From Sphagnum compactum (lineage: Eukaryota), in contig OZ234493.1 in the NCBI GenBank assembly GCA_965153455.1, forward strand, positions 14,436,213 to 14,500,212: 64,000 nucleotides of DNA. The letters run 5' to 3'. Numbering within the stretch: position 1 is the stretch's first letter; each line of letters opens with the position of its first letter. Below the pieces are notes generated by a model. The model made no database searches. It saw nothing but the letters and a program-made list of their open reading frames with translations, and had not been told where the DNA came from. Shown here piece after piece: positions 52,510-64,000 of the stretch. The position numbers and the translations under genes were made by a program.

Positions 52510-55326
52510 ATGTGGAGACATACCCAATGCTGCTCCTACCCCATTTGGACAAGTAGTTCATGAGAATGTATTGGCTCTTGTTTGACTCTTTATAGGATGT
52601 ACTCGATTGTGACAAATTTGTTCAGTTCAATTGTGTGTTGTGGTTGACAAAAAAAGGAAGCTATATTTTGTCAAAGTATTGACCTTTGATCTTCATAAGG
52701 ACATTCTTTGGTCCCTCTTCATCTTCATATATCAATGTCCATTATCTTGCAAGCTTGTGATTTTATTTTCCTGATGGCATCCGTATGCTTGTGGATTACT
52801 AATTTGCCAGTGTCCACTTGCTACTGATGTGCCTGAGCTTGGAAAAGTTATTTTGTTCTAGATGCTGATCATTGCCTGTTTCTGCCTCCTTGAAGAATCC
52901 ATAGCAAATTCTCTGTTTGACATAACATTGTGAGGTGCGGTTAAAGGCTTTATTCTCCCTTTAGGGAATTTTGGCTTCAAATCTTAAGTAATCTATGAAA
53001 ACGTGCGATTCGTTGGACACTCTAAGAACTGGGGCAGGTATTAAAATTTGAAATTAAAATTTGTTCGAGAAGCTAGCCAATTCTTGTAAACTCTTGTAAG
53101 AACTGGAATTGGAGATTCTCTAAAAAAGTGAGAACAGCCCAACACTGGTCCAAACTAATTTTTGGCTGGTATGAAGCAAGTAGACACTATACACCTGGTA
53201 TTGAGACCTGATATAAAACTGGTACAAGAAGTATTACCTGAGGTCCCTATCAGGCTGGCATGGGTGTAAGGCTGGTATTGCCTCAGCTCATACCAGTCTG
53301 GAAGGGTCTTTGCTACCAGTGTTGATTAGTTGATACCAGGAGCAGGTCTATAGTCTATGCCAGATCAACACTGGTCCTTAGTCCTTACATGTCTTACATG
53401 TTTTAGGGCTTGGTTGTTTTGTTTGTTGTTTGTTTTTGGTCACAATTTGTTGAGCTTTTTGCACAAGGTGTGACCTTGGGTTTGCAAAAGATCTTCAGTG
53501 CCAGCACTCAAGGATGCAGACGCAGCATGTCGACAGTTTGAACTTTCATGGGATGTGATTGATGAGCTTCCTGGCATGCCCATCAAACGCCCCCTGCTTT
53601 TTACTTTGCTTATGTAAGTGATTGCAGCTGTTTTGGTTGGGTTTTTAAAATGTTTCAGTTGCAGAATGCAATTGTCGCAATTGTTTGCAACTGGACATTG
53701 AAGTTCATACAATCCAATGGTGAATGATGGGTCGTCAAACATCAGCAGCTACGTGAGCAGGTAAAGAATTTCAAAGCTTGAAATTCTTGGCTCATTCTTT
53801 CACATCTTGATGGTGTTGTGGGTGCCGTTTTTCGCCGTGGTCATTGCTTTTTCTTCACTTGATTTGCTTGGGTAGACTGAATCTTCTTCCCTCCGGTGTG
53901 GGACGACAACAACAACACACAAGGTAGTTCATTCGTTTCATTTCTTCCCCACAGATTGTGGGGATTGCATGCAGAGGAAACGCATAAGGCTTTTGTTATT
54001 CATCTGGGTTTGGTTTCCCTTTTTGCTATTGATGATTCTTCCTGTCCTTCAAGGATAGCAACGAAAGTGAGCAGCGCTCATTGAACACGAGTTCCTTTTG
54101 AGTAGCAAAAACCTGACCTTTGTAGAAAGTGCCTCTCATTTCCAGTCTCTCAGACGGTGTGCTGCCTTTTGTTCCATGAAGAAAACTTGTATATGCTTAA
54201 GCGAACCACTCTTTGGGCAAATTCTTTTTCCCACCATTTTGTGGGAAGGAAGGGATTTGGAGCAAACAGTCAGAGCTTTGCAGCATATTTTGCAAAGAGC
54301 CTCAACATGTGTGTGTCTATAGGGTCTTCACTTTTTCTGTCTCACTTTCAGCCCTCTGAATCCTTTTAACAATATAAGCGGGAACAACAGAACATCAATT
54401 CTCTTGCTCCATTCACAGATTACGAATGCACCCTTTTTGTCATGCTCAATTCTTGGAACATGACTTTTGGTGCAAGATAGGCTGTTACCTCAGTGCCTGA
54501 CTGTGAACAACAAATTGACTAAAGCACACAGTGTTCAAATCTTCATTGTTCTTTCAGTGGGACAAACAAAAGGAGTGCATTGCCAGGAAAAGTAAAAGGC
54601 TGTGTGGTTGCATATTTGATAGACTTTGGACCATCTTGAATGTAATCCTGAACCCCAAAGCTTTGTCTACTGCTCAATGAACACTTCTCCAAAGAAGTCT
54701 TTGTCTTATCCAGTATTTGACTGTTATCTCAAGTCTTCTTCTCCATAATGGTTTACCATGAATGTCACACCTTGTCTTTTGAACAAGTACCATTAGATTC
54801 ATGTAGGATACCACTCTTGGAGAAGAAGGGTTGAATTCCAGAGGTGTCAAAGAAAATGTAGACATTGAATGTCTTGATATTTTAGTTAAAAATTGGCTTG
54901 CCACTATGAAGCTTGTCAGAAAGATGCTTGTTGATCCATCAGAAAGTGCATTGAATAATGACATATCATTCCAGAATCTCAACAGTGAAACTTGATGGAC
55001 ACCAAGATTATGTGATTGAGGTTCTTACATTGGTACACCTGTTACTGATGTTTCCCTTTAGTGGTTGTTGACCTTCTGTATCTTACTTCTCATGTTGACA
55101 CATGATTGTCCTAGGAGAAAGAGAAAGAATGGATTCTGCTGTCATCTTCACCTGGAAGTGACAACTTAGCTGACTGACAGATGAGTTATGCAATCACATT
55201 CTGAAATAATTGACTTGCATTGTGAAGAACATCTTAAAACAGTTTGGGTGACTCGATTAGGTAATCAAGGAAGCAACCTGGTGAATTTTCAAGCAACAGA
55301 GGCCAACTGTTCAGCAGCAGCTAGAG

Positions 55327-58284
55327 ATGGATGCTCAAGTTGAAGGTGGTGAAGACAAGGCATTCGAGCAGTTTGTCGATGACCATTTTGCAGGACAAAA
55401 TAAAGGAAATAGTAAAGGAGGGAAGAAGGTGGGAAGGGAAACTCATGGCCCTGTATGTGTTTCCTTTGAGGGTAATATTGGTGTTGGCAAATCTACCATC
55501 CTCAAATTGCTTCATTCACATCCTCGTCTCCACCAGTATGTTTCTTCTTCACTCTGTCTCATTTGGGCCTACACACATTTATTGAATGCTATTTCTTCTT
55601 CCCAGTGAGTAGCTTTCACAAGAAAATCTCAATCTCTGTACCATTTTTTCTTGTTCACAACATGCATATGTGTTCTAGCTTGTGCTTTAGGTTGGTTGAT
55701 GCAGAGGCCCATGTGAGGATTCAGGGGTCTTTCCTTGGAAGGGTGTGCTAACTATGCTTGTAAAGAATGATGTTCTGCTAGGTCCATCCCACATAATGTG
55801 GTTCAATGCCAATTTTCTTCAAAGATCTACTAGAGTTGATCATGCATCTGGGTGTTGAACTTCTCAGCGCTTTACTGCCACGTTCCATTCTAATGTAGCC
55901 TAGGTTGTTAATGGACAATTGTATGTAGCTCTCTTTGAGTATATCAAGAATTGGGAAACATCTCTTCTCTCATGTAAAAAGTATCTGAAAGATGAGAAAG
56001 ATGAGGACTTACTGACATGTAGAAAGAACAGGACATAGCAGTGCCGATCCCAAATTCCTGAATGAGAACACTGGCATGTGGTTCCTTTTGGTTGTTTACA
56101 GGTTTCTGATACTAAATCTTGGGTTGCACAGTCTAAGATGAGAGTTGCTAATATTCTTGCTATATGGCTATTTTCATGCAGTATCTCAGAGGTATTGCAA
56201 GAACCAATTGGACAGTGGCAAAATGTGAATGGAACAGGTCTCAACATGCTTGAAGCTTTCTACAAAGATCCACACAGGTCCATAACCAAATCTTCTGATT
56301 GTAGTCCTACCATAGCATGTCTTCAAGCTGTTAATGCCTAGCTCCTGGAGATATGGAGTAGAGTATAGTGGTCTGGGAATTGGGTTCAGTAGGGCAGGAC
56401 TGAATGACTGGGCCAGTAGTGCTTGTGATCCTGGGTGGCTCTCACAACAAAGGTAGGTACTTAAAATAAATTTTGCATGCAAGAGAAGGGATTTGGCTGC
56501 TTTTTGAACAGAAGACTCTTCATCCTTTAATGGTTGCATCTTAGACCCCATTGGTGTAAAAACAGTGCGGGTCCAACTGAACTGAGAAGATTGTTCACAT
56601 TGCACATGGGTTTGTGCACCCAGTTTACTGTTATCTCTTTGTGCCCGGTGGGAGAGGCCTGCCAAGTTAGCCTAGGCATCCAGCCTTGCAGTGGTTGCAT
56701 CAATTGTAGGAAGTTTGGGCTCTTTAAGTTTGTAACTAGTGGTGGGTAGTGTGTTGCAGATACGCGTACTTGTTTCAAAGTTTTGTGTTCACCACAAGAT
56801 TTCTTCAGCAAAATGCTGCAGCTTCGACATCAAAGGCTGCTTTTCTGCTGACGGAGCGCTCAGTGTTGACAGACCGTTGCGTATTTGTGGAAACAGGGAA
56901 AGATCAAGGCTATCTCAATGCGCTCGAGGTTGCTGCATATGAAGCATGGTACCATGGTGTTGTGGCAGCCCTGCCTAATGTGGTACATGTCCTTCTTGCC
57001 CTTGTACCTATTATTATGTGCTTTCTCTTGCATGAAAGGGTAGTTGCTTGTTTCTTCTTTCTGTGTAGACATTCTTTCTTTGACTGTGAAAATCTCTTTC
57101 CTTGCTTTCCAAATAGTACGTCCTGATGAGAGAGCTTACCATGCAGAGGAAATAATCAAGTGTTGTGTGCTCATGTTGGACTGTTGGTATGCTCCCATTT
57201 GTCTGGTTGACATGTTCATGAACGTGTCTCTGTGTGAAATGCCCAAGCATGCATTGTTGAATCCAATTGTTGTATTGTTGCTGATGCAGGTGCCTGATGC
57301 TTTTGTATATCTACGAGCTGATCCTGTAGTGTGCTATGACCGGTTGAAAGCACGGTGCTCTCACAAATTTATCCTCTAAAATTATTAAAGTAGCAATGAT
57401 CATGAATATACTTATTGATTTTCTTGTTCATCATCATAGTTGCCAATTTCTTGGGACTGGAACACCTGAGGCTTTTGTTTTTGCATAAAATAGAAATGAT
57501 TTATTTTCTATATGGCAGTGCAAGGTCTGAGGAAGCAGGCGTCAGTCTTGATTACCTCAAATCTATTCATGAGAAGCATGAAAAGTGGTTCATAGAGGGT
57601 GCATTCGAGAATCCAGGTAACAGTGGAGCAATTTCCTTTGTCTTTAGTTCCATTCAGATGCACTTTGATGTCCTTTGTAAACCTTTTACTTCATCTGAAG
57701 TGATTTTGCCTCAAGTGTCTATATGGACTTCTCTATGTCCTATATAGTTGCTGTTAGTAACAGGGGAGTTGATGAAGCTTGAGGTCCAAAGTAAAGACAC
57801 ATTCAAGCTATTGCCAGTACAGAGCTTGGTGTCAGGACTGTCCAGGTGATCATTCCTCCTAATTAAGTGTGTCCTCTTAGGCGGCTGCGATTAGAACCAG
57901 CAAGAAGACTTTACTCCCTTGGATCTTGTACAGTATGAATCCTTTTTCCCTTGTGCAAGCGTGGTTTGTGTACCAGACAACCATATAAACTTCAAGAGTA
58001 ACACATCAGAGGCAACAGAATCCAGCATTCAGTTGCTTTGGCCAGCTGCACCCCCGGCAGGTTCAGGGTTTGAGAGTTGAAAAGTTTGGCCCTGTTATGC
58101 AGGTGACTCAGGAACCCAGTTGCGCGAGGGCCATATTATGTCCACCTCAGGAGCACCGTCAGTAATTCATGGCTGTCCTGTCTTTGTGCTGGACTGCAGT
58201 GCCGACCTGCACTTTGGAAGGCCGTCAAAAGAGTGTGATGCTGTTATTGATCAGGTTGTAGATTTCTTGCTCCGTCCTGCTTGA
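55327..58284 (+). CDS. dNK: Deoxynucleoside kinase (dCK/dGK/dNK family), 6 exons, about 290 aa
   Basis: Exons 55327-55535, 56182-56277, 56760-56982, 57290-57354, 57519-57616 and 58103-58284, all GT-AG and phase-compatible (873 nt). Motifs: P-loop EGNIGVGKST, EPIGQW, FYKDPHRYAYLFQ, ERSVLTDR, PDAFVYLRADP, lid RLKARARSEE, LDYLKSIHEKHEKW. Confidence 0.92.
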
Positions 58285-61102
58285 AAACAAAAGTAGCCAC
58301 TGACTCCAAACTGTATGTATGGAAGGGAAAAATAGCTCAAATGGAGCTTATCCTTAATCTGGCTGTAATTTATGAAACAATCAGTTGCTGTTTTCCATTG
58401 TGCAGGGTCTAATACATGGGACTCAACAGGTTAGACAGCAGTTGTAATTGCAAACAAAGTTGAAGCCTGCAAACCCAGCCTCTGCATCACAAGACTATAA
58501 CAATGGATCAGAGGAGGGCCTTCAAAAGTTGGTCCTTGTATGGTTTCCTTTGGATGGTGGCTCTTAATTTTGTGAACTCCGATTGGTGTTTTTGTTGTTG
58601 TTGATGAACCACAATGGAGAGAGTCAATGTGACTGGGTTATGTATTGGTTGAATCGGTCTGCAAAGCTGGAAACATCAGTCATGGAGATCATGCATGTGT
58701 CCAAAATTGAGAAACATGTGAAGACAGGAGGAGAATGAAGAGCTTTGGATGACAGGTCTTTGTTTTGATTGCTTTTATCTTGGTTTTCTGTTGTTTTCTC
58801 TACTGTAGGTATTTGTGCACTTCACCTGCACAGCAAAATGCATGCTTTGTATCTCCTTAATGATAATTAATTGTCCATCCACAAGAGAGAGACAGATTTG
58901 CACTCTTTGCATTCCTTAAAAGGGTGGGAATACCAGAATGTGTGAAATGTCCAAATGAAGACATTGTGTGCTTAATTTGCAGACCAGAGTGCAGCTAAGA
59001 GCATGAATTGTACAAGTATGCAAGCATGAGGAACTTGGGTGTGAAGACAATAACAGGTTTAGGACCTAGAGCAGTAGCACCATCAAAATGGGCTTTGAAA
59101 GATGGTGGGGATGCTGGTGGTTTGCCTGCTGTTAATGCAACAGTTAGCATATGGTAAACTAAGATGCACTTCTCAAATGTAGTACTGGGGGTTGTGTAGT
59201 AAAGCACTAATAAGGTTATTGTTCTCCAACTATGATATCACACAGACATGTGCAGGAAAGGATGCTGATCCCAAAAGTTTTTTTCTTGAACAAGCCTGAA
59301 ATATTGCATGAACCTTGCAGTAAAGGCACATTGCAAGACCAAGGGAAACCTCCCATTGATGCTGAGGTGAGGGGAAGATAAGGTATTTTGCAAACTGTGG
59401 CTGCTACAGCAACCCCAGGCAGGAATGTGACTAGAGTCCTCAGATGTTGTCGGAACACCTCTGAAGCAGAATGTCTCAGCAGGTATTGTAGTAACAGGTT
59501 CTTGCACTGCATGAGGTGCACCTTCAAGTTCTTCTGGTGGGAAATTAGTGCAGACATCAATTATGCAGTAGCCCTGGCAGCATTGGCCAGAGTAGCAGTT
59601 TGAGCTTGTGGAGGATCCCACTTTTTGGAGAGATCATAATGTGCACGGGGGTCACATGTGGTCTTGGTACATTCTTATCGGTAATTGCAAATATGGAAGA
59701 AATGCTTTTGACTGTTGTTTCTCCAAGCCTTGATGCCTATCTTCTTTAGCATATGCTGTGTTTATCAGATTCTTGGATGGATTTGGGTTTCTTTCTCAGG
59801 TCATGATCCAGTTGCAACCAATCAACAGCTCAGAATGGTTGATTCAGGGGTTCACTAGGTGTGTAAAGCAAGAAAGTGCGCACAGAATCAGCTTGTGAGG
59901 ACAACCTGAGTCAAGGTTCACATTTCACTGTATTGCTGGTGAACTTTTTTCTCAGGCGCAATTTTGAGACTCAGGCTTGTTCTTCAAGCTTTGAATGTGT
60001 GTCTCTGCATAGAGGTTAATCTGCATGTGTGCTGACAGAAAAAATCTGTTGATTGCAAGAAAAGCTTTTCAAGGTGGCAGATTGCCTAAGGTTGAGAATT
60101 GCATAGGCTGGGTACAACAGCTGTATGTTTTGCAGGTTAGCCAATGAAGACAATTTATCTGTTCTTGACTTTGTATGCAACTTTCATCTGCAGGAAATTG
60201 TGTGCATGATTGTGCAAGTGTGAGAAGTGTAGTGCAAGGATCATAAATGTGGTGGTTTTGTAAGAGGGTCGTGGCAAGATGGCAATGGAAAAACATGTAC
60301 AATGCTTGGAGACATCATTGACCATGACTGCAGGCTGGGTGAGAATCAGGGCATGACTCCACAAGTTTTTGAGCTTTGCTGAACTCTGCTTGGTATGGAT
60401 TAGGAGATAGATGGCCATATGCAAAGCAAAAGTTGCTCCTCCCACAATGGATTCCTATTTGGGATTATTATTTGCCTTTTTCTAGCTCAAAAAATCTCAA
60501 CAATTCCTTGCTTGTTTGCAAACCAAATGTTGGTTGTGTTTTCCATATATAAGGTTCTTTTTTCCAATCTTGGCTTGCTGGTCCCCATTGTACACATGCC
60601 AATGCCAAATTTTACAAAATTTGCTACTTTTATCAACTTTTTAAGATATGCACTCCCTGGCTAACTTAAAATTTGTAACTTTTCTTGGTTCTTGACACTA
60701 GTATGAAGGTCCCTAAGTGCACACATGTGATCATTTACCCCTCCAAAGCAGACATTAATTAGTGAACATAATTTTGAGCATTTATTTTGGGTGTTTTTAT
60801 CTTAGTGATTTGAACCTAACTAATGTCAGGCATATCAGTAAAATTCACGTGTTGGACTTGATATACTCCATTTCACTAATCATTTCAATTTGTTTCTAGC
60901 CCAGGGTGACCTCATACAAGTATGGCACTTCAAATGCTTTGTTACAGTTCAGGAACAGCTTGAATTTAGAAAATGGTTCTCTTGTTGGAAAAACAAAATG
61001 TTTACAATACAGCTGTTGTTTACATATTGCTATCAATCTAGTCTTACGCGCTTTGGCATGGGTTCTATTTCTTCCTGCTCTGTGCTCTCAACCACATGAG
61101 TT

Positions 61103-62389
61103 CTATTTCTTCCTGCTCTCCACCTGTAGTTTCCAATTCGTATCCTTCTCCAACCTACTTGGGTCAAAGGCATAGAAAATTGGTGGGTCTTCTTCACGTT
61201 GTACACGTGATAATGATCTCCCTTGACCATTAAAGTTATTGAACCGATCTTCAGCTGATTGTGAACTCAACAAATTTTGAATGTCTCCTGCAATATCATC
61301 ATGCAACAACTTGTGATCCAAGGACATGTTGATGTCAACTCCGGATATATCAATCACCTGAATGGGCCGTGTGAATCTGCTGAACTCTCCACGGTTTTTC
61401 ATCTGCACAAGGCTTTGGGTGTCTACCAATTCATTTTGCTCATCCGACCTCTTTAATAAAAAGAGCTTTCGGTCAGCAGCTGATGAGTAAATTGTGAAAA
61501 GTATTGATAATTGTCGCCTCCACCTCCCATCACACATGCCGTTAAGGTCCATGTGTTCAAATCTGGCCCTCATTGCATCAGGTGCCAAAAAAATGACATT
61601 TTTCAAAGCTCCTTTGACATCAAGTTGAACTATATTTTGCCTGTTGAAGCTATGGCTTGTATTTCCCTTGCCAGGGCTCGAGCTATCAGACTTTTGGAAA
61701 TTTTGCAATGCTTCAATTAGGGCACGATTCCCCATGTCGTGTGCAAGGATATGGACCTTTTTAACCTTCGTTACCTGTGCATAAGATTTCAAAACAATAA
61801 CTATGTGCTTCTTCTATCGCTTGCATGTCTTTTCAGTGGACATTCCATCATTTCTTGGAAGTGAATTTCAATAAACTTTACTCATGTTAGAACTTCGAGG
61901 CAACAATGGATTATACATTTACAATCAAGTAACAAATATCCACCGTTATTTGAGGTTGATACCATATTCCCAATGTTTGTGTAGGCTTCTTCTTTCTTTC
62001 ATTTTGTTGTCCTTACGCTTGACAATCTCTTGACAAACAAATTGAACACATTTGTTCTATTGACAGACATTACCCTAGTAGGCTGACATTACAGACTACA
62101 GTTATTCTGGACTTATCTACAATGTGTAGAATATGGTTGGGTCTGTAATTCATACCTCAGTTAAAAGGATTGTGATAAATTGATGAAGCCAGGGGGCTGA
62201 TTCCTCAATGACCTTTTCATCATGTTTGTAGCCCCACAATGTCCCATTGGAAGGCCAACTGTATACAATTACAAGGCCTTTGAACTTCAGAGAATGTTTG
62301 AGTTGTGCTGCTTGCTTGATGGCATCTTTATGGTTTACATTGTACCCATGAATGTACAACAATACTTCTCGAGCAGATTCCTCCTGCAT
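61103..62389 (-). CDS. DUF900-type alpha/beta hydrolase, at least 2 exons, about 301 aa from the visible ATG
   Basis: Exon 62389-62156 (REVLLYIHGYNV...AAQL...VYSWPSNG...Y..D) is spliced GT-AG in phase 0 to exon 61774-61103 (VHILAHDMGNR...VIFLAPD...TIYSSAADR...IDISGVD...DH). The motif series is typical of DUF900 esterase-like proteins. The true N-terminus is uncertain. Confidence 0.85.
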
Positions 62390-64000
62390 TCAAAGATCAA
62401 CCTGTACATTAATTAATTAAAAAAAGAAAGTGTTGAACTCTTCCTTCCCCAATAAATATGGTTGACTTCAGTTTAAAACTATTTAAACACAAGTTCAAGC
62501 TTGAGCATGACATGTCTACATAGTCTTATGGTTTTCTTCAAGTTTCTATAGAGAATAATTTATCAAATAGTGACAGTGATTTGTGAAACTGTCAACCATT
62601 CAAGTGAAACTTAGTAGTAACTAGTGTGGCCTGTGTAATTGGCCCAAGTGTTAACTAGTTACCCAACTAAAATTGAATTTGAATTTTGAATTTTTATTAA
62701 ATTTCCAATGACAAAGGTTACTAAAAAATCAACATCTCTTGCACCTCAGGTTTTGAAAATTATGAAATCAACATCAATACAAAATCCCACTCATTGAGGG
62801 CTTTCCAATAGTAGCAAAAGCACTCCCCAAGTTCCCTAACATGCTTAGTTTTAATCTTATTGAATTTTCAATGAGAAACCCTTGCACCTTAGGTCTAAAC
62901 CAATCTTGGCCAGTTACCCGGGTGGACTTGGTTATCCAAGCTCGGTTTTGGTTTGATTTTAGAATCAAAATTGAGTTTTTTTTTAGAACCAGATGGAATT
63001 GAAACCTGATAAGGAGGGACTAGTTATGGAACTAGATTGGAATCGTACCTTGGTATTGGAATTGGACTCTGGGTTTCGGTCCAAACTCATTTGAGAATCA
63101 GAATCAGATCAAATTTTTTAAAAAAGTTCAATTTCAATTGTAGGGTTTAAAGAGTTTTTTGCTTTTTTTTTTGGGAGGAAGCTTACTTTTCTGTGACTGT
63201 CTTTTGTAATTTTTTTATTTTCGAAAATTATCATGTTAAAAGAAAGGTTGTGAGCTCCCAAATTGAGGTGCTTCAAATTTTGTTCAAAAATTTCACACTC
63301 AAGAAACAAGACAGCATTGGAGCTTGACTTCAAACTTTTTGGGGTTTGAAATAAGAGTTTTTTGGGGGCTGATCTAAGGTTTTTGGAGGGATTTGAAATA
63401 GAGTTTTTTTGAGATTTAAAATAAGGGAGAATTAAGGGTCCTCAAGGGTGGCAAGAGGTCAACCAAGATGGGTAGTTACAATTTTGAAAACCCTAAACAT
63501 GGAACCATATCTTTTGAAGACATTTACTGTAAATTAGGGTTTTGAAATATGTTATTTGTATTAATTGATTAAAAAAAATTGTATTCTAATTATTTTCCCT
63601 TAGAATAAAAGTTCAAGTTGTTTATTTTTCATATGTTGTTCATTTTCATATTTTGAATGTTGGAACCAAAATTGAAGGTTACCCAAAATTGAGGTTATTT
63701 GGTTAACAATAAAAATCAGTCTAACTTGAAAAAACAAACCAACCAAAACCGAAATGGCTCCCCTAATTAGAAGACCAAAACCAAAACTGAGTTTCACATT
63801 TGAAATTAAAAAAAACCTGAAACCAAACTAGACAATCCCTTCAAAAATGTTAAGAACAAGAACCCAAGGGGTCCCTCAGGACAGAGGAACTGGCCAACAC
63901 TGGTCTAAACATCACAAAACCACCTCAGTGCATACCTTTTCTAAGGGCTTTACCAGGAGCACTGTGGGGGCACAGTGATTTGGGAGCTCTCAACATGACA

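Noticed and set aside
58990-59640. Moderately GC-rich ORFs downstream of dNK
   Set aside because: No family motif and in-frame stops; may be UTR or a decayed gene, but cannot be supported.
61775-61792. ORF-track start MKSYAQ for the hydrolase
   Set aside because: It lies in the intron upstream of the gcacag acceptor.

Overview
AT-rich eukaryotic nuclear DNA with GT-AG introns and plant-type transposons. The gene and TE content suggests a land plant, possibly a bryophyte such as Sphagnum (inference only). Four spliced protein-coding genes can be reconstructed. (1) A two-exon receptor-like cytoplasmic Ser/Thr kinase of the 'MGYLSC' At1g28390/At3g51990 type (minus, 22827-25518). (2) An orphan gene of at least four exons with no recognisable domain (plus, 51013-52509). 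(3) A six-exon deoxynucleoside kinase (plus, 55327-58284). (4) An intron-containing DUF900-type alpha/beta hydrolase whose nucleophile elbow reads AHDMG instead of AHSMG (minus, 61103-62389). The rest is mostly decayed transposon sequence. It includes a full-length degenerate Ty1/copia element (37493-45528; both LTRs, PBS and PPT visible) with a TIR element nested in its 5' LTR and an internally deleted hAT with a perfect 8-bp TSD in its RNase H region. There are also remnants of a LINE RT, a hAT transposase and a Harbinger Myb/SANT protein, several MITEs, tandem repeats and a perfect 25-bp hairpin. No rRNA, tRNA or CRISPR array was found. All family assignments come from motif recognition by eye; no database search was run.
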